In this document: piece after piece, positions 20,837 to 30,181 of the stretch
Position numbering within the stretch: the first letter of the stretch is position 1
How the letters are laid out: the number at the start of each line of letters is the position of its first letter
NCBI GenBank assembly: GCA_963751455.1
Contig: CAVVUN010000015.1
Span: 1,632,001 to 1,696,000 of the forward strand
Length of the DNA stretch: 64,000 nucleotides
Direction: 5' to 3'
Source of the DNA: Nitrospirota bacterium
GTDB taxonomy: Bacteria > Nitrospirota > UBA9217
The notes under the pieces: generated by a model
The model's database searches: none
Seen by the model: the letters and a program-made list of their open reading frames with translations, nothing else
What the model was told of the DNA's origin: nothing
Translations under genes and position numbers: made by a program

Positions 20837-23800
20837 TTTTATCGCACATCATCCCATATGGACAATACCGGCAGGAGTTTTCATCACGGGGCTCGGGCCT
20901 GAAATCGCCGGCCAGTATTCCTTCTATCGCCCCGCGCGCCTTGTTCATGCTCCGCTGCAAAATCGCCTCGAATTCCGCGGCTGTCTTGGAGCTCGCTTTC
21001 GGTTTCGACGACGGATGATCATCGCGTGCTTCTTTATTGAAGAGCACAACGTCCCTCGCAGCCGCGCCTGTCTTCCCGCCCAGGTCGTAATAGGCAAGTC
21101 CGATAGGGTTTCGCAGCAGCGGGCGATGTTCGGCTGGACCTCGCGTCAAAGACCCTGCCAGGACCGCATATACAGGCAACTGAAAAATGTCCTGTTCAGC
21201 GTTCATCTTCGGCAGGGGATAGCCTCCGGTCTTGTAATCCACAATCACGAAGTTCCCTTTTTCATCCGCGTCGATGCGGTCTATCTTTGCGGAAATCGCA
21301 GCTGCCTGTCCGTTCGAGAGGACCATCTCGAAATGCTCAATTTTCTGTTCAAGGTACGCAGGCGTCAGACCCTGAGCCCAGAAAACCTCCTCAGCTGCAA
21401 GGAATCGCTGAGCCATCACGGTGACAAAAAGCTGCTTCTCGCGGCGATTGCGGAACGTATCTGCTTCAGAATCAAACGCTGAATCGGCCAGGTCATTCAG
21501 CAGAGCCTGCGCCTCGGCACGATGTTCCGGGGAAACGGGCCTGTCCGTACCCCAGGAGAGATAGAAGTTCCTGAGGATGGCGTGCACCTTGCTTCCGCGG
21601 TCAAGAGGCGATATATCTTCGGTTACATCCTCGAGAGGCGCTATTCCGAGAACCCTCGCAAGATAGTAATCATACGGACAATTGAGATAGAGATCGAGAT
21701 CGGTGACCGGGAAATCCCGTTTTGCATGGAGCATGGCTGCGGGTCTAATGGAAAGACCCGGTTTCAACTCCGGTCGTGCTGCCCGATACGCGGCAGTTAT
21801 TACATCAATCTCGCGTGTTCGGCCGGGCATGGCGCTTGACAGCCGGGCAAGCCATTCGCTTCTAAGCTCGGCAGCCCCGCTACGCTGTCCATGGGCCTCT
21901 ACGCCAACCGACTTTGCCAGTTCGGAAAGGCTCCTGCTCGTATCCATCCTGAGGCCGGACCGGATGCCTGATGTTTTTTCCATGCCGCGGTTTATCAGTC
22001 CCGCTTTATGGAGCGGGGTGAGCTCCTTGAGAAAGGGCGACGGCATTACCGGCCTTTCCCCTTGATTCTCCGGCCATGTCAAAACCACCCTGTCTGCCGA
22101 CAAAAGCAGGCGATAGAAGTGGAGCGCGGCGTTTAACCGGTCGCGCTGAAGTGTTCGTACTCCCATGGTTTCGAGCATCTCCTCGGGGAGAAAAATATTA
22201 GCGGGTAAACGCCGCGGGAAGACGCCTTCAACCAGGCCGCCGAAATAAATCTCGCTCCACGGATGTCCAGTGCTTTCTTCCAGGCCGAGAACCTGTACCC
22301 CGCCTTCGTCCTCGGGCGGCACCTGGAACCGGTTACGCATCAGAGTCTTTTTTAACAGAAACAGCCATTCGGGAAACGTGTACCGGTAATCGTCAAAGAG
22401 GGTTCCTGCCTGGTTCAGCGACGCCAGGGTATCAGTCAGTTTCCGGTATGCCTGGAGGTTCGTATTCAGCGGCCCCTTGATCAGCTGAACACGGGCGCCG
22501 ACTTCCGCCCAGGAAAGGAGAAAGGACAGACGTTCCATCCACAGAGTGAGAGGGGCAGCGTCGCTGCCGGAAAAGGGCTCCAGCGCTGTGAAAAGATCGT
22601 TCAGGGGACCTGACAGGACGTCGACGGATGAATCCGGAGAGGAGTGGCGGAATGCGGAGATTAATTTCCGTCTACCGCCCGTTATTCTCTGCTTTCGTAA
22701 AAACCGGTCGAGTACCGAAGCGATGTGGCCCTGCGTGCCGAATTTCAGAAACGGCGAGCTGAAGATCCTGAGGAGCGAAGGACCGGAAAAATCATCCCGG
22801 CAGCTTTCGAGAAGCGAGATCAACGCAATGGCAACCGGGGATGTGGACAGTTGCCGGCCGAGCGCCCGGTTATAGGGGATCCCGAAATCCGTGAATATTT
22901 CCTCAACAAGGGGGCCGTATTCATCGAGCCCCGGGAAAGCGACAAGGATTGAATCCGCCGCAGTTCTTTTTTTCAGCGAATTTTTCACTTCGCTTGCGAT
23001 GAACGAAACTTCTTCCCGGCTGTTCAGCGCCGAGATAACCATCAGCTCCTTGGCAAAGGAAGCGGCTTCCGGTGCTTTATTAGCTGATTCCTCGAACGAT
23101 TTGGCCGAAAACAGGGCAGTTGAAATGTAGTCGTCGGCGGCGTTTGCTGTCTCTGCCGGGCGCGAAGGAACGGTGTCCAAAGCCGACAGAAAATCCCTGA
23201 TTATTCTTAGAGGATGGAATTCATGTGCCTGCTCGATCAGGGCAGAGGAAGGCGCCTCGATGATATAAAGGCATTCTGCCAAGCCTGCAACGTGCCGGAT
23301 AATTTCTGTTTCCACCCGATCCAGGCTATGAATGCCGTCTATTACTATTGTACGGTACTTTGCAAACCATGCCGAGTCGAACCGGTCCCGGAGATAGATC
23401 CTCATGCCGGCCGGATCCGTGAGCCTGTTTTGCTGCAGCAACTTCCTGTATCTGCCATACAGGTCAATGAGAAGCCTCACCTGGGGCTTGTCCGATAGAT
23501 CCGAGTCCTTTATCTTAATGGCCAGAGCTGCCGGCTCCACACCCGCACGACCGAGCTGTTCGATCGTCGTTGCCATTGCCGCTGAAAGCGAGGGCGCAAG
23601 CAGGTCCGGGCTCTGATTGAAAAAACTGCCGCCTGACAGGCTTTCCTTCACCAGGCCCTCGAGGAGAACCATGCGGCCGTTTTCATCGATAATGTGAGGA
23701 CCGTTCTTCTGGGCGAATTGTTTTTGGAGCATTTGGTCGAACGTCGCGATATCGGGCTGGGCCAGTGCGGCTGATCCTTTGTGCTGTACGGCTTCGAGAA

Positions 23801-23960
23801 ACAATTTTCCGTAAAGACGCTTCATGCGGGAAGAGGGGACCAGAATTAAAACATCGTTATACAGGTACGGGGGTGATGGCCTTGAAGATAGAATAGTTTC
23901 CACAATGCTGGATCTTTCTATCCAACCCGCTTTTCCAAAGGGTATGAGACGGCATATCAT
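20826..23960 (-). CDS. addB: AddB-like PD-(D/E)XK nuclease subunit
   Basis: CPY, KIDRID, VDYKTG, QLPVY, CRYCPYGMMC Fe-S staple; overlaps addA. Confidence 0.85.
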   Translation of the reverse strand: MICRLIPFGKAGWIERSSIVETILSSRPSPPYLYNDVLILVPSSRMKRLYGKLFLEAVQHKGSAALAQPDIATFDQMLQKQFAQKNGPHIIDENGRMVLLEGLVKESLSGGSFFNQSPDLLAPSLSAAMATTIEQLGRAGVEPAALAIKIKDSDLSDKPQVRLLIDLYGRYRKLLQQNRLTDPAGMRIYLRDRFDSAWFAKYRTIVIDGIHSLDRVETEIIRHVAGLAECLYIIEAPSSALIEQAHEFHPLRIIRDFLSALDTVPSRPAETANAADDYISTALFSAKSFEESANKAPEAASFAKELMVISALNSREEVSFIASEVKNSLKKRTAADSILVAFPGLDEYGPLVEEIFTDFGIPYNRALGRQLSTSPVAIALISLLESCRDDFSGPSLLRIFSSPFLKFGTQGHIASVLDRFLRKQRITGGRRKLISAFRHSSPDSSVDVLSGPLNDLFTALEPFSGSDAAPLTLWMERLSFLLSWAEVGARVQLIKGPLNTNLQAYRKLTDTLASLNQAGTLFDDYRYTFPEWLFLLKKTLMRNRFQVPPEDEGGVQVLGLEESTGHPWSEIYFGGLVEGVFPRRLPANIFLPEEMLETMGVRTLQRDRLNAALHFYRLLLSADRVVLTWPENQGERPVMPSPFLKELTPLHKAGLINRGMEKTSGIRSGLRMDTSRSLSELAKSVGVEAHGQRSGAAELRSEWLARLSSAMPGRTREIDVITAAYRAARPELKPGLSIRPAAMLHAKRDFPVTDLDLYLNCPYDYYLARVLGIAPLEDVTEDISPLDRGSKVHAILRNFYLSWGTDRPVSPEHRAEAQALLNDLADSAFDSEADTFRNRREKQLFVTVMAQRFLAAEEVFWAQGLTPAYLEQKIEHFEMVLSNGQAAAISAKIDRIDADEKGNFVIVDYKTGGYPLPKMNAEQDIFQLPVYAVLAGSLTRGPAEHRPLLRNPIGLAYYDLGGKTGAAARDVVLFNKEARDDHPSSKPKASSKTAAEFEAILQRSMNKARGAIEGILAGDFRPEPRDENSCRYCPYGMMCDKNEP

Positions 23961-24039
23961 GACTCGTTGATTATGCCACAACTAATATTTATTGACAACA
24001 TGTGCCGCTATAGTTTATAATTTTTTTCGTTATCGTGCT

Positions 24040-24243
24040 ATGCAGTTCATTATTACGAAAAATACCTGTACCGGCTGCGGGACCTGCCTGGAGGTTTGCC
24101 CCACAGAAGCGATAAAAATGATAGACGGGCGCGCAAGCATCACGCTTGACTGCATAGATTGCGGTTCCTGTCCGCGTGTCTGTCCCGAAGGCGCTATAAA
24201 ACAGTTGCTTCCTGCCGCGCGTACCGGCGTGGTTCAAAATTGA
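24040..24243 (+). CDS. 2x[4Fe-4S] ferredoxin
   Basis: [12 protein letters not shown] and [12 protein letters not shown]. Confidence 0.93.
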   Translation: MQFIITKNTCTGCGTCLEVCPTEAIKMIDGRASITLDCIDCGSCPRVCPEGAIKQLLPAARTGVVQN

Positions 24244-24268
24244 TGCTAACAGTGTGAAGGAGGTAGTG

Positions 24269-24592
24269 ATGGCTGAAGCAGTAACGAGCGCAACATGGGA
24301 TCAGGAAGTGCTGAAAGCAAGCAATCTCGTGCTGGTTGATTTCTGGGCGGTATGGTGCGGGCCTTGCAGAATGGTGGCGCCTATCGTAGATGAGATCTCA
24401 AAGGAATACGAGGGTAAACTGAAGGTACTCAAGCTCAATACCGATGAGAACCCTGACGTCGCAGGAAAGTACCGCATTATGGGAATTCCTACCTTGATGT
24501 TCTTTAAAAACGGTCAGACCGTGGACCAGGTGGTAGGCGCGGTCCCGAAGGCGCAGCTGAAATCCAAAGTGGATGCGCTGCTCGCAAAATAA
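24269..24592 (+). CDS. trxA: Thioredoxin
   Basis: [15 protein letters not shown]; AAGGAGG RBS. Confidence 0.96.
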   Translation: MAEAVTSATWDQEVLKASNLVLVDFWAVWCGPCRMVAPIVDEISKEYEGKLKVLKLNTDENPDVAGKYRIMGIPTLMFFKNGQTVDQVVGAVPKAQLKSKVDALLAK

Positions 24593-24657
24593 AAATTCTA
24601 CTGATTTTTTTAATCTCGTAATTCTGAATTGCCCGTTCACAAACGGGCACATTTATT

Positions 24658-25155
24658 TTGGGGAGATTTTCCTTGTTCAAGAACGGTCTGGCATCCGTCA
24701 TTCTCATACTGGCTCTCTGTTCGGCATGCACCAGGAGCAATCAGTCCGGAGCGGCCGCTCCCAATTTCACGCTTAAGGACCTGAGCGGCAAGACCGTAAA
24801 GCTTTCAGATTTCAAGGGGAAGCCGGTCTTGATAGAGTTTTGGGCAACGTGGTGTCCGCCGTGCCGTTTGTCCGTGCCGGGCATAGAGAAGCTGCACAAA
24901 ACCTACAGCAGCAAAGGACTGGTGGTTCTCGGCATATCGCTCGACCAGGACGATTGGGACTCGGTAAAGGCTTTCGCGGACAAGAACGGCGTTACGTATA
25001 CCGTGCTTAAAGGCGATGACGATGTAATGGCCAAATACCAGGTGAGAACCATCCCGATGATGATCGTCATGAATAAAGAAGGGATGATCTTCAAACGCTA
25101 TCTGGGGTTTGACGGCGAAGACGCCCTCGAAAAAGATATCCAGTCCGTGCTGTAA
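24658..25155 (+). CDS. TlpA/ResA-like redoxin, probable lipoprotein
   Basis: APNFTL, FWATWCPPC, lipobox-like CSAC. Confidence 0.9.
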   Translation: MGRFSLFKNGLASVILILALCSACTRSNQSGAAAPNFTLKDLSGKTVKLSDFKGKPVLIEFWATWCPPCRLSVPGIEKLHKTYSSKGLVVLGISLDQDDWDSVKAFADKNGVTYTVLKGDDDVMAKYQVRTIPMMIVMNKEGMIFKRYLGFDGEDALEKDIQSVL

Positions 25156-25258
25156 GCCGCATTGCATAAACGCAAAGAGTCTCGTTCTTTCCAAACACAT
25201 AGATCCTTCACTTTGTTCAGGATGACGCATTCTTGCCTATGAACGCGTCAGTTTTTAA

Positions 25259-25287
25259 TTGACAATAAAAAGAGCGACCGATATAAT
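25259..25287 (+). promoter_or_regulatory. Consensus sigma70 promoter of tRNA-Gly
   Basis: TTGACA-17 nt-TATAAT. Confidence 0.85.
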
Positions 25288-25299
25288 GATGCGAAAAAA

Positions 25300-25375
25300 G
25301 CGGGCGTAGCTCAGCTGGTAGAGTACAAGCTTCCCAAGCTTGGGGTCGCGGGTTCGAAACCCGTCGCCCGCTCCA
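25300..25375 (+). tRNA. tRNA-Gly (CCC)
   Basis: 76-nt cloverleaf GCGGGCG...CGCCCGC TCCA, anticodon loop TTCCCAA, GGTTCGAAAC T-loop. Confidence 0.97.
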
Positions 25376-25403
25376 TTTTCTTTAGTCCGATGCGCGTAAT
25401 CCG

Positions 25404-25434
25404 ACCCCTTCCTGATCTCAGGGAGGGGTTTTTT
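25404..25434 (+). terminator. Intrinsic terminator after the tRNA
   Basis: accccttcctga-tc-tcagggagggg followed by a T run. Confidence 0.75.
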
Positions 25435-25449
25435 GTCGGGGAGGCAGCC

Positions 25450-26100
25450 ATGCACTCGCTCACCACATTGAAATGCGTATTTCTGTATGTCCTGTTTTTT
25501 GCTGTTCCGGTTCAAGCGCAGGAAAGCCTGGTCATAGCGGATTTCAGCTCAGCCGCGGGATCAGTCCCGGCCGGCTGGGAGCTGAAGGAAAAATCGGGCA
25601 AGGCGGACATGGCAGTGGTCAAAGACGAAGGGGTTTCCGCTGTCAGATTTCGCAGTTCCAACACGTCTTTCTCGCTCCAGAAAGAGGTCCGTGTCGACCT
25701 GAAGCAGTATCCGGTACTGTCCTGGAAATGGAAAGTTACGAAACTGCCGGATGGAGGAGACTTCAGAAAATCGAAAACCGATGACCAGGCCGCTCAGCTG
25801 TTTATCGCTTTTTCCAAGACCAAAGCGATTGTGTATATCTGGGACACCAACGCGCCCCAGGGGCTGATGGAAAGCACCTCTCCGGTGCCATTCATGACCC
25901 TCAAGGTTGTCGTTCTGCAATCAGGGCCGGCCGTGCTGGGCAGGTGGATCACCGAGAGCCGTAATGTATACGACGATTACAAAAAAATGTTCAATGCCGA
26001 GCCGCCGGCCGTGAACGGCATGAGGCTCCAGATCAATTCGCAGCATACAAAGACCTCGGCTGAAAGCTACTTCGCAGACGTGGTTTTTAAAAGGCAATGA
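25450..26100 (+). CDS. DUF3047 family exported protein
   Basis: Signal peptide, LSWKWKV, DD.AA, YIW, W..E.RNV..DY pattern. Confidence 0.75.
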   Translation: MHSLTTLKCVFLYVLFFAVPVQAQESLVIADFSSAAGSVPAGWELKEKSGKADMAVVKDEGVSAVRFRSSNTSFSLQKEVRVDLKQYPVLSWKWKVTKLPDGGDFRKSKTDDQAAQLFIAFSKTKAIVYIWDTNAPQGLMESTSPVPFMTLKVVVLQSGPAVLGRWITESRNVYDDYKKMFNAEPPAVNGMRLQINSQHTKTSAESYFADVVFKRQ

Positions 26101-26140
26101 GGAAGGCAAGTGCAAATTGCAGGTGCCGCGGAAAGCAGAA

Positions 26141-26662
26141 ATGGGCGCGAAAATTATCTTCATAACAGGCGGGGCGCGATCAGGCAAATCCGCCTATGCG
26201 GAAAACCTGGCAAAGAACCTCAGCGGCAGGCGGGCATACGTAGCGACGGCGCAGGCGCTGGACGCTGAGATGACGGCAAAGATCAGGAAGCACCAGCAGG
26301 ACCGTGCCGGCGCATGGGACACGTATGAAGAGCCGCTGGCGGTCGCTGAACTGTTGAGAAAGCTGTCCAGCCGTTATGAAATAGTTCTCCTGGACTGCAT
26401 TACGCTCTGGTTAAGCAATATCATGGCACACAGCGACGCTGACACAGTCGTGGAAGTCCGCTCGCGTGAACTCATCGAAGCAATCAAAGACTTTACTGGG
26501 TGCTGCATCATTGTCTCCAACGAGGTGGGCCTCGGCATTGTTCCCGATAATCCTCTTGCAAGAAAATTCCGGAACCTGGCCGGCATGTTGAACCAGCAGC
26601 TCGCAGCTACGGCAGATGACGTTTACTTTACTGCCGCCGGTATCCCTATGAAAATAAAATGA
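26141..26662 (+). CDS. cobU: Adenosylcobinamide kinase / cobinamide-phosphate guanylyltransferase
   Basis: TGGARSGKS, LDCITLWLSN, SNEVGLGIVP. Confidence 0.95.
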   Translation: MGAKIIFITGGARSGKSAYAENLAKNLSGRRAYVATAQALDAEMTAKIRKHQQDRAGAWDTYEEPLAVAELLRKLSSRYEIVLLDCITLWLSNIMAHSDADTVVEVRSRELIEAIKDFTGCCIIVSNEVGLGIVPDNPLARKFRNLAGMLNQQLAATADDVYFTAAGIPMKIK

Positions 26663-26797
26663 GCATGCAGCGTCTCCCACATTTTCAATTTGCAGCTTAC
26701 TATAATACTGCGGCATTCTTCGAGCCATTGAAAGGATAAAGGCAGGGGACGCGGAATCCGGCAATTCAACCATTTCCCGCACCGTCAGCGAAAAATT

Positions 26798-27565
26798 ATG
26801 ATAAGGAATTTTATTACCGCCACGCAATTCCTGACCGTATTTACGGTCAGCAGGAAGCACAAAGTCAACGAAGCGGACCTTGCGCAGTCAATGGTCTATT
26901 TTCCCGTTGTCGGTTTTTTGATCGGGTTTATCCTGGTAAATGCGGATAAAGCATTGAGCTGGCTGCTTCCCTACAGCATTACGAACGTATTCCTGATCGG
27001 CATTTCGGTGCTTCTCACCCGCGCCCTTCATGTCGACGGGTTTGCCGACACGCTCGACGGCATGATGGGAGGACACGACGCCGCCACACGACTCGAGATC
27101 ATGAAAGACAGCAGGCTTGGTACTGCCGGCGCAACAGGCATATTGCTCCTCCTGCTTATGAAATATCTCTGTTTGAATAATCTCTTTGAGTACGATAAGG
27201 CGGCTGCACTTTTGAGCGCGCCGATGCTTGCGCGCTGGTCCCACGCGCTCATGGCGTTCAAGACGGCTTACGGTCGTAAAAATGGCATGGGGAAATGTTT
27301 TATCGGTCACCTGCGGACCAGCAGCCTGGTCGCCGCATCCGTAGTAGCTGTCGGACTGTCGACGTTTGTCATATTCAGGTTTGATGTCCGCTCCGCAGCC
27401 CTGGTGCTGACCGTTCTGTCCGGAATCGGTTTGACGACCTTCCTCGGAAAGAAGTATCTCCTGAGCAAGCTCGGAGGCATTACCGGAGACAGCGTCGGAG
27501 CCGTGAGCGAGCTGAATGAGGTCGTAGTGCTCCTCATATTCGTGATTTTTTCGAACGGAACTTAA
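26798..27565 (+). CDS. cobS: Adenosylcobinamide-GDP ribazoletransferase
   Basis: LHVDGFADTLDG, IMKDSRLG, GGITGD.VGA. Confidence 0.95.
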   Translation: MIRNFITATQFLTVFTVSRKHKVNEADLAQSMVYFPVVGFLIGFILVNADKALSWLLPYSITNVFLIGISVLLTRALHVDGFADTLDGMMGGHDAATRLEIMKDSRLGTAGATGILLLLLMKYLCLNNLFEYDKAAALLSAPMLARWSHALMAFKTAYGRKNGMGKCFIGHLRTSSLVAASVVAVGLSTFVIFRFDVRSAALVLTVLSGIGLTTFLGKKYLLSKLGGITGDSVGAVSELNEVVVLLIFVIFSNGT

Positions 27566-27566
27566 G

Positions 27567-28166
27567 ATGATGCCTACACGGGTCTATCTGATGCGCCACG
27601 GTGAAGTGGTAAATGGAGGAGAAAAGCGCTACAACGGCCATATCGATATCGATATTACCGCTGCAGGCGTAGAGCAAATGCACAGGCTCGCGGGTCTGCT
27701 GCAGGGGAAAAGCGTGGCAGCAGTATACTCGAGCGATCTTATCAGGTCGGCCCGCGGCGCGGACATTATTTCGAGAAGTTTGGGACTGACCTACACAGCT
27801 TTACCCGTATTGCGGGAGCGAAGCGTCGGCGCATGGGAAGGACTTACCGCGGACGAGATCAGGGGGCAATATCCTCAGGAATACAACACATGGCAGGCGG
27901 ACTTGCTGAACTACCGTCCCCCGAACGGTGAATGCCTGAATGACGTGCGGGACCGGATCATCCCGGCCTTCCGCAAAATTATTGATTCTCATCCGGAGCA
28001 GGAGATTGCGATGCTGCTTCACGGCGGCGTCAACAGGGTCATTCTCGCCGATGCGCTTAAGCTTGAACTCATGAATCTTTTCCGGATCGAACAGTCATTC
28101 GGAGCGCTGAACATTATTGATTACTACGACGACGGCATGGCGGTGGTGAGACTGCTTAACGGATAG
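27567..28166 (+). CDS. cobC: Histidine phosphatase, probable alpha-ribazole phosphatase
   Basis: RHGE, SSDLIR, GAWEG, HGGV; directly follows cobS. Confidence 0.85.
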   Translation: MMPTRVYLMRHGEVVNGGEKRYNGHIDIDITAAGVEQMHRLAGLLQGKSVAAVYSSDLIRSARGADIISRSLGLTYTALPVLRERSVGAWEGLTADEIRGQYPQEYNTWQADLLNYRPPNGECLNDVRDRIIPAFRKIIDSHPEQEIAMLLHGGVNRVILADALKLELMNLFRIEQSFGALNIIDYYDDGMAVVRLLNG

Positions 28167-28205
28167 TGCCTTAAATGATTATTGAAAATTGTAAAATGAA
28201 AAATA

Positions 28206-28372
28206 GTAACTACTCAGCTCATTTTTTTATCCGCAGATCACGCAGATTTCGCAGATAAAAACAAAACCTGAATTCTGGTTTTAAAATCTGCGTCCATCTG
28301 CGAAATCTGCGGATAGAAGGCTTTTTCTCAGATTTGTCTTAATGCCGTTCTGAAAAGAAGCTGAATAGTTAC
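28206..28372. mobile_element. MITE with GTAACTA(C/T)TCAGCT terminal inverted repeats and an 8-bp target duplication
   Basis: GAAAAATA on both flanks (28198-28205 and 28373-28380); related element at 55505..55638. Confidence 0.8.
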
Positions 28373-28414
28373 GAAAAATATAGAAATATAATTTTGAGTT
28401 GAAGGGAGCAAAAC

Positions 28415-29251
28415 ATGCTGAAGAAAACCGCCTCCATGCTATGCACTGGAAGTGTAGTGCTGCTGTTGTCCGTTCCTGCGGTTAATGCCGACGAAGTAAA
28501 ACTGATCGAGGCGGAAGGCCAGATCAGCCTGGGCGACGACACCACGATAGGGCAGGCAAAGGCGGCAGCGCTGAACAACGCACGGCGCGCGGCCCTTGAA
28601 AAGGCCACCGGCATTGTCGTGCACGGCTCTTCAATGGTCTATAACAATCAGCTTGTGAATGATCTTGTTATGGCGGCGACAAAAGGGGTCATTGTCGACG
28701 AAAAGATCCTGGAAAATAAATGCGACGCAAAGGACGGGCACCTCTTCTGCAACGCAAAAATCCAGGCAAAAGTCAAGCCGTTAAGCCTCGAGCGAAGAGG
28801 AAATTTTGCGGTAACCAAGGTAACGGTCCAGAGGCCGGACAGGGAAGATTCGGCAAAGAGCGCTGTGTTTCAGAGCAAGGACGAGATCCGCATCAGAACA
28901 GCGGTTAATGAAGACGCGTATATGAATATATTCAGCGTGGATCAGAACGGAGGCATCTCGAAACTGTACCCGAACACGTACATTGACCAGGAGCGTCTGA
29001 TTGCGGGAAAGGAACTGGTGTTTCCGGATGACAACCAGAGAAAGATCGGGCTGAAACTGAAAGTCAGAACGCCGAAGGGTGTTCGGCGGGCTGTTGAATC
29101 GGTACTTGTGATCGCGACCAGGGAAAAGGTGAAGCTGTTGACCGAGGAAACGGTGGAGAACGCGACTATCACGGACCTCATGAAGCAGCTTTCGGAGATT
29201 GATCCGTCACAGTGGGTCGACAAAACAGAGGGGTATGAAGTGAGGGAGTAG
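28415..29251 (+). CDS. Exported protein with a DUF4384-like C-terminal domain
   Basis: Signal peptide; AK..AL..A.R.ALE N-terminal pattern; AY..IF.VD..G....LYPN pattern. Confidence 0.6.
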   Translation: MLKKTASMLCTGSVVLLLSVPAVNADEVKLIEAEGQISLGDDTTIGQAKAAALNNARRAALEKATGIVVHGSSMVYNNQLVNDLVMAATKGVIVDEKILENKCDAKDGHLFCNAKIQAKVKPLSLERRGNFAVTKVTVQRPDREDSAKSAVFQSKDEIRIRTAVNEDAYMNIFSVDQNGGISKLYPNTYIDQERLIAGKELVFPDDNQRKIGLKLKVRTPKGVRRAVESVLVIATREKVKLLTEETVENATITDLMKQLSEIDPSQWVDKTEGYEVRE

Positions 29252-29693
29252 GGGAAGCCTATTCCAGTTTCAAATCATTGGCCTTCGCTTGAGATACCTG
29301 TCTGTATCGCCGTTCGGCAAAATGAAACCAATATCTATTCTTACATTTTCCGGGGAATAAATAGGGCAGGCCGAAAAAAGGCCTGCCCGCTTGTAGTGGC
29401 TTTTTTTACTCAGAACTTCAACCCCGGATATTATTTACGGCGTATACTTGCCGCCGGTGTTGGGATAATCAGAAGGTTCTATAGTACCGCCCCAGATGAT
29501 CATCTGTGAACCTGTCCATAACCGCACCGCCGCTCTTGCTCATCCTTTTTACAGTATTGCCGAAACGTCAACATTTATGGGAAAAAAGTATTATAGTCAA
29601 ACTTTTTTTGCAGTATTTATAGGCTAAAAATCACCTTATTATTCAAAAATTCATTGACTTTAGATGTATCCTGGCTTATTGTTACACACGAAA

Positions 29694-29783
29694 AGCTGGG
29701 GGAGCCCCGAACCATTGGGCTGAGAGGTCCTTAGAGGACGACCCTTAGAACCTGATCCGGTAGTACCGGCGTAGGGAAGGCGA
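29694..29783 (+). ncRNA. TPP riboswitch
   Basis: GGGG...CTGAGA...ACCCTTAGAACCTGATCCGGTAGTACCGGCGTAGGGAAG upstream of thi genes; promoter TTGACT-17-TATTGT at 29654-29682. Confidence 0.93.
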
Positions 29784-29806
29784 GAAGAGAAACAAGATCA
29801 CTTTTC

Positions 29807-29835
29807 AGCCGTATCCTCCGGATATGGCTTTTTTT
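29807..29835 (+). terminator. Riboswitch expression-platform terminator
   Basis: agccgtatcc-tcc-ggatatggct followed by a T run. Confidence 0.8.
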
Positions 29836-29836
29836 A

Positions 29837-30169
29837 TGGAGCGAGCCGACCGTGTCGGCGTTGAAGTATGGAAGAATATAAAACCTATGCCCATACGCCG
29901 CCTCATTTGTATCGTACGGGCTCAAAATATTTTATTACCGCTATTACCTATGAGAAATCCTACTATGCCAGATTAAATTACCTTTACTATAACCCCGTGA
30001 AGCATGTTACGTCTCGGTGCCTGAGGAGTATCCTAGGGGAAGGTATTTTTTCGCAGCCGTACCGAACAAGACCGTCTCGACAGGCTTTTAAAGGAATACC
30101 CTTTTGATCGCGTAGAGGTTGAGGAACCTTATTGAATAATGAGGACGGCAACATGGTTGCCTCGGTCCA
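29837..30169 (+). mobile_element. Internally deleted RAYT (REP-associated Y1 transposase) pseudogene between two inverted REPs
   Basis: HTPPH..YFITA.TY joined directly to RLNY.YYNPVKH, then frameshifted (G)YV..PEEYP; no HUH core; flanked by tggagcgagccgaccgtgtcggcg and cggcaacatggttgcctcggtcca. Confidence 0.75.
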
Positions 30170-30181
30170 TATAAATAAAAT

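Noticed and set aside
25300-25440. tRNA-Gly as an integration site
   Set aside because: No integrase and no duplicated tRNA 3' end seen in the window.
26663-26797. Cobalamin riboswitch or cobT remnant between cobU and cobS
   Set aside because: No B12-box consensus or CobT motifs recognisable.
29410-29560. Possible remnant of an outer-membrane protein C-terminus (GLKF-stop) on the minus strand next to a hairpin at about 29364-29389
   Set aside because: Too short, with no supporting ORF.
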